A DNA stretch of 64,000 nucleotides from positions 1,366,837-1,430,836 of the forward strand of contig OZ240225.1 in assembly GCA_965197765.1 (NCBI GenBank). Reading direction: 5' to 3'. Numbering within the stretch: position 1 is the stretch's first letter; each line of letters opens with the position of its first letter. The notes beneath the pieces were generated by a model. That model was not told where the DNA came from. It saw only the letters and a list, made by a program, of their open reading frames with translations, and ran no database searches. The translations under genes were made by a program, and so were the position numbers. This DNA comes from Dehalococcoidia bacterium (GTDB taxonomy: Bacteria; Chloroflexota; Dehalococcoidia; Lucifugimonadales; Lucifugimonadaceae). Below, piece by piece: positions 53,501-61,700 of this stretch.

Positions 53501-55572
53501 CGGCGGACGTTTCCGGCATTGTAGATGCCGACGGGCTGACCAACGTTTCGTACACTTATCAGTGGATTGCCAACGATGGGACCACCGACACGGACATACC
53601 GGGAGCGACCAGCTCCACCTACACACTGTCCGACGACGATGTGGGCAAGACCATCAAGCTGCGGGTGAGCTTCACCGACGACGCCAACAACAGCGAGACC
53701 CTGACCAGCGATGCGACGGCGACGGTGCCGACGACGGACGAGTGGTGGGCGGATATGTTGGTGGTGGATTACGGCACCGGCGCCATCGGCGCCGCCAGCG
53801 CCGATCTCTTTTCGAACTCCGGGGGCAACGCTGGCCTTCAGGCAAAGTGGCTGTGGTTCTACTCTCCGGAGCGGAAGCTTCGCTTGGCTTTTACGGATAA
53901 CGTTCCCAACGTCAACGACCTGACGCTGCTAGTTGGCGATGTCGCGCTGGCATTACAGGGAGGGGATGCCACCTTTACCTGGGAAGACGTCGACGTCGAT
54001 TGGGAGGACGGTCAGACCCTTACGGCGCGCATCGTACGTGATTGGACGAGTGCGGTCGTCGCCCTCAACAGCCCGGCCACTGGGTTGCCGACCATCATTG
54101 GCACGGCCCAGGCGGGCGAGACGCTGACAGCGGACGTTTCCGGCGTCAACGATGAGGACGGGCTGACCAGCGTCTCCTACAGCTACCAGTGGATTGCCAA
54201 CGACAGGACCACCGACACGGACATCCAGGACGCCACGGACTCCACCTACACACTGACCGACGACGACGCAGGCAAGACCATCAAGGTGCGGGTGTCCTTC
54301 ACCGACGACGCTGACCACGAGGAGACGCTGACCAGCGCGGCGACGGCGGCGGTTGCGGCCAAGCCCAACACCCCCGCGGCAGGAGCGCCGACCATCACCG
54401 GGACGGCCCAGGTGGGCGAGACGCTGACGGCGGACGTTTCTAGCATCGCCGACTCCGACGGGTTGACCAACGTGTCGTACAGCTACCAGTGGATCGCCAG
54501 AGGATCGGACATCGACGGGGCCACCGGCTCGACCTACGAACTTACCAGCAGTGAGCAGGGTCAGACCATCCAGGTCCGGGTGACGTTCACCGACGACGCT
54601 GACCACGAGGAGACGCTGACCAGCGGGGCCACGTCGGCGGTTGCGGCCAAGCCCAACTCTCCGGCCCTGGGCGCGCCGACCATCGGCGGGACGCCCCAGG
54701 TGGGCGAGACGCTGACGGCGGACACCTCCGGCATATCGGACGACGACGGGTTGATCAACGTTTCCTACAGCTACCAGTGGACCGCCGGAGGATCGGACAT
54801 CGCCGGGGCCACCGGCTCTACCCACACCCTGACTGCCAGCGAGCAGGGACAGACCATCCAGGTGCGGGTGACCTTCACCGACGACGCCGAAAACGCCGAG
54901 ACGCTGACCAGCGGGGCCACGTCGGCGGTTGCGGCCAAGCCCAACTCTCCGGCCACGGGAGCGCCCACCATCGGCGGGACGCCCCAGGTGGGCGAGACGC
55001 TGACGGCGGACACCTCCGGCATATCGGACGACGATGGGCTGACCAACGTTTCCTACAGCTACCAGTGGACCGCCGGAGGGTCGGACATCTCGGGGGCCAC
55101 CGGCTCCAGCTACACCCTCAAGGGCGTGCAGAAAGGGCAGACAATCCAAGTCCGGGTCTCCTTCCGTGACGACGCAGACCACGAGGAGACGCAGACCAGC
55201 GCGGCGACGGGGGTGGTTGCGGCCAAGCCCACGCCGCTGACCGTCCGCCTGGTGTTCCCCGTGGCCGGCCATCACGGCGCCTCGAATGTCTTCACATTCG
55301 ACATCCGGTTCAGCGAGGAGATTCCCCTCAGCTACAAGACCCTCAAATTCCACGCCTTCGACGTGACAGGCGGGACCATCTTGAGGTCGCAACGAATGAA
55401 CAAGCCAAGCAACATCAAGTGGCGAATAATGGTGAGGCCAGACTCCAGCGAGGACGTGACGATCGAACTGCCGTCAACCACGGACTGCAACGCCGTTGGG
55501 GCCATCTGCACGGAGGACGGCAGAATGCTGTCCAACAGTCTGGTGTTCACCGTCAGTGGTTCGAGCGGATAG
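50530..55572 (+). CDS. Giant secreted mosaic protein D (1680 aa) with PEP-utilizer swivel-like and PPDK_N/ATP-grasp-like region
   Basis: Signal MTLPSRRAPLTLLILPGLLALFALYLVIPWSTASAQQ. DVDGDCTDD Ca-type motif, RVAGIITTVPQTPLSHVNLRA (phosphohistidine swivel-like) and FGVKAANV...RYRSSTNNEDLPGFSGAGLYDS...ASLWNFRAF...MEIEFK (PPDK_N-like). Then 3 YQW repeats, an MTV...WEDGQTLTARIV module, 4 YQW repeats and the C-terminal Cys module. Confidence 0.85.
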   Translation: MTLPSRRAPLTLLILPGLLALFALYLVIPWSTASAQQASQEDTCPGADSAPTPTVVEVRAVPIVVESTTDEYFVLYVRHDLDADTTFEVPVGVTLGQDGATTLTESPEALPKERYRVEKYLVSDPADVDGDCTDDITELADPVGMNPVNPVPAMRFDDGAAAIPNRETYMSLAYKGDSGIDSHLRNLEAVKFHMVDMNTDRPSVYFMNTKTYRRHYDFSAAVGLEVNPLHGHETMIAEMVYHPTAVAPDGSLGVYRFQFGANDVYSFKEISYAFTVLAASMPLLEDNLAYYPMWSKAVARYHKDQSLYDDSRVDVLLAEDIAFDLDFISLNRGRGFGFLRVMALEERPNPRDIVIYDALPNELPRVAGIITTVPQTPLSHVNLRAVQDGVPNAFVRDALEAPDIEGLIGSYVQYLVGSTAYFVFAASPSEVDTHYADSRPSEPQTPERDLTVTEITPLSDIEFDDWNAFGVKAANVAVLGTLDFPENTVPDGYAVPFYFYDEFMKHNGFYDDVKELLADPNFQSDFDTQESKLKKLRKKIKKGETPEWMTGALEEMHAGFPAGTSLRYRSSTNNEDLPGFSGAGLYDSKTQHPDETEEDGIAKSLKQVYASLWNFRAFTEREFYRVDHLAAAMGVLVHPNYSDELANGVAVSFDPIRMRYGNYYVNSQLGEDLVTNPDAHSAPEEILLHQGGEYTVLATSNQMQQGQLLMSDAQMDQLRRHLELIHDEFAELYGVEADEPFAMEIEFKITSDDVLSIKQARPWVFGDDAPSENRPPTGAPTISGTAQVDETLTADISGITDADGLTSVSYSYQWIANDASADTDISGQTGSTYTLSDADVGKTISVRVSFTDDRGYEETLTSAATTAVTGPNSPATGAPTISGTAQVGETLTADVSGIVDADGLTSVSFSYQWIANDASADTDISGQTGSTYTLVSADVGKTIKLRVSFTDDADHEETQTSAATTAVTGPNSPATGAPTISGTAQVGETLTADVSGIVDADGLTNVSYTYQWIANDGTTDTDIPGATSSTYTLSDDDVGKTIKLRVSFTDDANNSETLTSDATATVPTTDEWWADMLVVDYGTGAIGAASADLFSNSGGNAGLQAKWLWFYSPERKLRLAFTDNVPNVNDLTLLVGDVALALQGGDATFTWEDVDVDWEDGQTLTARIVRDWTSAVVALNSPATGLPTIIGTAQAGETLTADVSGVNDEDGLTSVSYSYQWIANDRTTDTDIQDATDSTYTLTDDDAGKTIKVRVSFTDDADHEETLTSAATAAVAAKPNTPAAGAPTITGTAQVGETLTADVSSIADSDGLTNVSYSYQWIARGSDIDGATGSTYELTSSEQGQTIQVRVTFTDDADHEETLTSGATSAVAAKPNSPALGAPTIGGTPQVGETLTADTSGISDDDGLINVSYSYQWTAGGSDIAGATGSTHTLTASEQGQTIQVRVTFTDDAENAETLTSGATSAVAAKPNSPATGAPTIGGTPQVGETLTADTSGISDDDGLTNVSYSYQWTAGGSDISGATGSSYTLKGVQKGQTIQVRVSFRDDADHEETQTSAATGVVAAKPTPLTVRLVFPVAGHHGASNVFTFDIRFSEEIPLSYKTLKFHAFDVTGGTILRSQRMNKPSNIKWRIMVRPDSSEDVTIELPSTTDCNAVGAICTEDGRMLSNSLVFTVSGSSG

Positions 55573-55676
55573 AGCGGGAAGTCAATCGCTCCGTCTTACT
55601 GGCAACAATCGATGCCCATCGTTCAAATCATAAAAACATGTCCCGTACCCCGATACGGGATCAAAATTCAGACGTT

Positions 55677-55704
55677 TTGACAACCAGCACATCCGTGCTA
55701 CAAT
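55677..55704 (+). promoter_or_regulatory. Near-consensus sigma70-type promoter (TTGACA-16 nt-TGcTACAAT)
   Basis: TTGACA at 55677-55682, 16-nt spacer, extended -10 TGc then TACAAT at 55699-55704. No convincing ORF follows. Confidence 0.45.
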
Positions 55705-56898
55705 GAAACATGAACCAGTTCGAGACAGCGCCGCGCTGACGAGCGCGGACCCCCCTGAGCCAAGCGGCCAACGGAGATTGTGTCAAGACCGTGAATCCGA
55801 CGACAGACAAGAAACGCGACGCCGCGCCTCCCAAAGAGGCGCCCGGCTCCGCTTCCCTGCGCCGAAACGGTCTTTGGCGACGCACCGCACCAGATCCAGA
55901 GTCGGGTGAAAGACCGCTTGCGTACGTAAGAAGCGAATCCTCAAACAAGTCCCGGTCGCGGCGCAGCATTGATGCGTCGCAGCACGAGCCAGACGTCGGT
56001 CAACCGACGTCAAAGGGCCGGGTAAGCGTTCGTGAATGCGGCAGACGTCTACCCTCGATCGCCACGAGGGGGAGGCTACAGAGCGGGCCCGGGAGGAACC
56101 GGGCTATGGAGGGCGGCGCGACTCTAGTTCCATCGCCGACCTCAGACCCGTCGGTCTGGCGACGGCGGGCGCGGCTGGCACGGGTAGCTAGCGGTCACGC
56201 ATCTCCAAGCGCGGCGACTGTCCACCCGCCCTGCAAACCTCCGCCTGCAGCGGAGGCCGTGGCAGGCCGGAGGTTCCCGGACATCCGGGAACGGGCAGGG
56301 TTTCCATCGCGAAACCCATCGACCCCATCTTCCGGGCGCGGGCGATAACCTCGACCGGTCCTTCATAAAGGGGAAGGATCGGAACGAGCCGCCCAAGCCC
56401 GACGACCAGACAAAAATCTGCGACCTCAACCCGCAGATCAACTAAACACACCCCAACCGCCAGCAACTTAATGGCTCAGCAGCAAACGCCCCTTTCGCAA
56501 GGCGAAAGGGGCGCGAGCCAGCGGAGCGCCGCGAGCGGGGTATGCCCCGGGGCGCCGAGGGGCCGCGCACCAGCCAAACCATCCACACCCCGATCATTCC
56601 CGCGGACGCGGGCGCTTCAGCGGACGGAACGTCCATCCAGAATCAACAAAACACTCCGCTTCTCGCCATCCCAGCGACATCCACTGTCCTTTCGCTCCGC
56701 GAAGGGGACGCGAGCAGGCGAAGTGCCGCTCCCAATCTTCGAGGCCGGTAGGCGCGTTGTCGCGCTTGTTGTCCCAGCTTGAATGTCGATGCTGGACAGA
56801 GCGGCACTTCGGAAGTGGTAGTCTTCGCTAGGGATCATACGCCGGATCAGTCGATTAGCCGAGTTCGATTGGGTTTAGAGAAATCAAAAGGGGCATGA

Positions 56899-57000
56899 AG
56901 CCCTGACGAGGAACGATATAAACCCGGTGCGGTCTGCACCTCCGACGGCCGGAAGCTGTCCGACGGCGTTGGGATCACGGTTTCGGGGCCGGGCGGGTAG
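56899..57000 (+). pseudogene. 3'-terminal remnant of a giant-protein C-terminal module
   Basis: Translates ...KPGAVCTSDGRKLSDGVGITVSGPGG*, colinear with GAICTADGRKLSDSLNFTVSGPGQE* of protein B. An in-frame stop lies 9 codons upstream of the homologous part. Confidence 0.6.
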
Positions 57001-57130
57001 ATCCGATGCGGGAGATGTTCAACGAAATCCGGGCCGAAGCGATACGGAAACCAAACAGACGAATTGAGCGGGTGCGAAATGCACAGGAATGAGATGGAAT
57101 TGCACGTGCACCGATCGGAACGACCGACGC

Positions 57131-57162
57131 GGTCGGCGGAAGCCGCAGGCGCGTGGTCGGTC
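57131..57162 (+). repeat. 32-nt perfect direct repeat, copy 1 (partner at 58598..58629)
   Basis: GGTCGGCGGAAGCCGCAGGCGCGTGGTCGGTC occurs identically at both positions and brackets leader copy 2. Confidence 0.85.
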
Positions 57163-58357
57163 TCCCTGTCGGTAGGGTCGTCTCGGCGGCGTGTGCATGA
57201 CCCCAATCTACCCCCCGTCTGTTGTGCACGCAAGAGCACTTCATACCTGTCGTATGGGCAGAAACACCCTCCCCAAGAGCAAACAATTCGCGGCACCAAG
57301 AGTGGGTCTGGCACTTGTCGATTCGATGAAGAGTCGTTGCTTTTTAATGTGCAGGCCGAACTGCCGATAAGCGGGTTATCAGACTGACACGTCAAGGGCG
57401 GGAGCCGATTGACACGGCCAACCCATCCCGAAGTCTTCAATAGGGCATTCTGCTCGACGTGGAAATATGCTGAAGCGATAATCAAGGCTCGATGCGTAAT
57501 ATGTGAAGCCCATTTTCAAAGGCCATGGCTGTGAGACAAATATGAACCCGCAGCGACCAACATAGTGCGCCGGGCTGGAACTTTAATTTGACTTGACCTA
57601 CTCCTTTACCAGCAATTGCGAAGACAATATGTCAGTTCCCGAGGTCGTCATTATGATCTCAATCTTTTCGAAAAGTATCCGCAGGCGTTTGTGATTAGTC
57701 GGACGCGTCGCTGATCCAGCAATTGAACGGCTGATTCACGGTAATTTCTTCGAGAGCACGTTTTACCTTTCGAAGGTGTAAAAACACCCTCTTCAAGAGC
57801 AAACACTTTGGATCGGCAAATGTGTTATTAGGCAGTTTCCGAGACGATGTCTGGTCTTTAAAGTTTTATGAGTTATGGGACCATCAGGTGGAGATTGAGA
57901 CCTTGCCGTGCATCTAAGGATGGACGGAAACCGTGTCTGTCAGCCCGAAATCGGCGAGCAGATGGCGGAGGTTTCGACCCCGCATCGGAAGATCGCGAAC
58001 ACGCACGCGACAGATGCTCTGTCGGTGCCGTGGCCGTTGGGAGCGCTGTGCAGAGGTGCTGCGACAGTCGTCGCGACGACCGCGCCCATCGGCGATTACG
58101 TAAAACCGACGCATCTTTGGCATCGGTCCCTAGACGTCTCCAAACACCTCCCAGCCGTTCGTAAGCCGTTCTGCAATTCGGCGCTCGAACCAGCAGAAGT
58201 AGGTGCTCTACGCGCGTGCCTGCGCACACAACCAACTGCTATCGAGCTTAAAACGCCAATTGCACGAGAGAACAGACATTCCGGCAAGGGCAAAAATAAC
58301 CGAGAAAAAGCATCACGACGAGAAATCGGAGCGACGGATAAATGAAACCGGTTAATT
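57159..58357 (+). repeat. Leader block copy 2 (duplicate of 33805..35013)
   Basis: Colinear with copy 1. Contains motif copies D (57261..57317) and F (57781..57806). Lies about 345 nt upstream of giant ORF E. Confidence 0.85.
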
Positions 58358-58597
58358 TGCGAGACGGTCGACCTGCGAGCGTGGCTCCAACCATGTCAGA
58401 AGCCGCGTCCGCAGCAACGAGCCTGTCGAATTCCGCTCCCAGGATCGAACCGGGTCGCTCGCGTCGAAATCTTGGAGCAGAAAAATCGAAAGTTGTGGCG
58501 TTGGGCAAGCAGGTTCTCAACGGCACACGCCCGGCCAGTTCAGATCCCTACGCGACTGATCCCGGATTCCGACGTCGTATTCCCCTGTCCGGAGCAA

Positions 58598-58629
58598 GGT
58601 CGGCGGAAGCCGCAGGCGCGTGGTCGGTC
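58598..58629 (+). repeat. 32-nt perfect direct repeat, copy 2
   Basis: Identical to 57131..57162. The following about 30 nt weakly resemble the start of the leader block again. Confidence 0.85.
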
Positions 58630-58701
58630 CTGACGGTCCCTCGGCGCGTCGCAATTGCAGCGACGGATCGAGGTATAACCGTGGCGAATAGCAACCTGAG
58701 A

Positions 58702-61700
58702 ATGAAGCGTCTCGCCGCGCTGGGCTTGATAGCGGCACTCTGCGCCATCATGCTGTCAGCCCCTTGGTTCGCCCAAGCACAGGACGACAACACCCCGTCA
58801 AACCCGGCTTTCGATCTTCACGCGGATAATGCCGCTCCCAAGAGCATTTGGTCCGACGGCACGACCTTGTGGGTGGGCGACGATACCGACGCCGAGGTCT
58901 ACGCCTACAAGCTGGTGGACGATCCCGCCACCACCTTGGTTGACGAGTACGGCACTCGCGATTCGGCCAAGGACATCACCGCGCCGAGTCCAGAGGCTTT
59001 CTTAGTCACCGGCGACGGCGACTACCTGTATCTGGCTGAAGAGGCCCTCCACGGCGGCACCCTGGACTTGTTCGTCTACAACCTGCCGGGTCTCAGCCGT
59101 GCCAGTTCCAAGGATGTCAATCACTCCGCCTTTATCGTGCGGGGACTCGCGTCCGACGGGGAGTATTTCTGGATCAGCCCCACCACCAGCCAAGCGAAGG
59201 CTTTCAAGCTCTCCGACGGCTCCGCGGTCACGTCACGAGACCTGACGATTCCCGGCAGCGGTCAGGTAACCGGGCTCTACACCGACGGGACAACGATGTG
59301 GGGGACCAGATACAGTTCACATTCCACCACCGTCGAGAGCGTCAACTTGGACGGCACCGCCTCGGAATGCGATTTCACGCTTCACGACGACAACGACCAG
59401 GCCTTCGGCATCTGGTCGGACGGGGAGACGATGTACGTCGTCGACTTTATCGACGCCAAGGTCTACACGTATGTGAATCCGTGCGCGCCGACGGCTGATC
59501 CTGGTTTGATCTTGCCAGAATCCGCGCTCGACATCGACGAGGGCGGCTCGGGCACATACAAAGTCAGGCTCGCGAAGGAGCCCACGGCCGATGTGACGGT
59601 GACTCTGACTCAGCCGACCAACACCGACGTGACGGTGGACACGGATTCGGGGATGACGGGCAACCAGACGACGTTGTCGTTCACGACGTCGAACTGGGAG
59701 ACCGATCAAACGGTCACGGTCACGGTCGCATCGGACACGGACGCGGTTGACGATGTTGCGACGATCACGCATACCGCTTCGGGCGCGACGGAATACGCGG
59801 CGCTGGCCGCTGTAGACGTCACCGTCAACGTCGAAGACGATGACAAGCCCGGGTTGACACTGTCAAAATCCGCGCTCAACATCGTCGAGGGCGGCTCGGG
59901 CACATACAAAGTCAGGCTCGCGAATCAGCCCACGGCCGATGTGACGGTGACTCTGACTCAGCCGACCAACACCGACGTGACGGTGGATACGGATTCGATG
60001 ACGTTGGGCGACCAGACGACGTTAGCGTTCACGACGTCGAACTGGGACACCGATCAGACGGTGACTGTGACGGTTGCGTCGGACGTGGACGCGGTTGACG
60101 AGAGTGCGACGATCTCGCACGGCGCTTCGGGCGCGACGGAATACGCGGCGCTGAATGCCGTAACCATCGATGTCCAAGTCGTCGACGATGACAAGCGTGT
60201 GTTAACCGACTTCGATCTTCACGCGGATAATGCCGCTCCCAAGAGCATTTGGTCCGACGGCACGACCTTGTGGGTGGGCGACGATACCGACGCCGAGGTC
60301 TACGCCTACAAGCTGGTGGACGATCCCGCCACCACCTTGGTTGACGAGTACGGAACTCGCGATTCGTCCAAGGACATCACCCCGCCGAATCCAGAGGCTT
60401 TCTTAGTCACCGGCGACGGCGACTACCTGTATCTGGCTGAAGAGGCCCTCGACGGCACCACCCTGGACTTGTTCGTCTACAACCTGCCGGGTCTCAGCCG
60501 TGCCAGTTCCAAGGATGTCAATCACTCCGCCTTTATCGTGCGGGGACTCGCGACCGACGGGGAGTATTTCTGGATCACTCCCACCACCAGCCAAGCGAAG
60601 GCTTTCAAGCTCTCCGACGGCTCCGCGGTCACGTCGCGGGATGTGACGTTTCCCGGCAGCGGTCAGGTAACCGGGCTCTACACCGACGGGACAACGATGT
60701 GGGGGACCAGATACAGTTCACATTCCACCACCGTCGAGAGCGTGAAACTTGACGGCACCGCCTCGGACTGCGATTTCACGCTTGACGACGACAACGCCAA
60801 TGCCTTCGGCATCTGGTCGGACGGGGAGACGATGTACGTCGTCGACTTTATCGACGCCAAGGTCTACGTGTATGTGAACCCGTGCGCGGCGCCGGCTGAT
60901 CCTGGTTTGATCTTGCCGAAATCCGCGCTCGGCATCGACGAGGGCGGCTCGGACACATACAATGTCAGGCTCGCGAAGCAGCCCACGGCCAATGTGACAG
61001 TAACTTTGGGCCAGCCGTCGAACACCGACGTGACGGTGGATACAGATTCGATGACGGCGGGCAACCAGGACTTGTTGACGTTTACAACGGCGGACTGGGA
61101 AACTGATCAGACGGTGACGGTCACGGTCGCGTCGGACGCGGATGCGGCGGACGATGTCGCGACGATCACGCACGCCATCAACGGCGCGACGGAATATGCG
61201 GCACTGGATGACGTAGACGTCGTCGTCAACGTCGACGACGATGAGTCGGCGGACGTGTCTAGCACGTCGGAAACGCTCAATCTGACGGAGCCGGATTCAG
61301 GCACCACGACGAGCACGTACACGCTTACCCTGAGCGCGGTGCCAACATCGGATGTGACGGTTTCGATGGAGGTTGAGGCGGTTACGCCGGCGCAGGTGAG
61401 CGGGCAGGCGTGGTCGAATCCCGACATCTCCGTCACGTCGCCGGTCACGTTGGGTTCCACCAACTGGATGACCGGAGAGACGGTCACCGTCACGTTGCCG
61501 ACGGACACCGACGCCGAGGACGACGTTGCGAGGATCGTGCACACCGTGACGCAGAGCGGCGGATCGATGGAGTTCAACGGATACGTGCTCGGGAACACAA
61601 CTGTCAACATCTCGGACCCTGAGACGCCGGTCGTCGAATTCAAGTTATCGACGGAGTCCGCGTCCGACTGGAGCACAGCACCAGACTTAACCATTGCCGA

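Noticed and set aside
52855-55215. Regular ~297-nt periodic repeats that might suggest a CRISPR-like or satellite array
   Set aside because: The period is far too long for CRISPR and there are no short conserved repeats with unique spacers. The repeats are in frame and encode the Ig-like YQW domain.
55711-56150. Ribozyme or RNase P-like strings: CTGACGA resembling the hammerhead CUGANGA core near 55745, and GGGAGGAACCGGGCTATGGAGGGC resembling the RNase P P4 region near 56085
   Set aside because: The hammerhead would need a GAAA and stems at the proper spacing, and these are absent. The RNase P-like string lacks the invariant AGU of GGAAAGUCCGG and the other conserved regions. I judged both to be chance.
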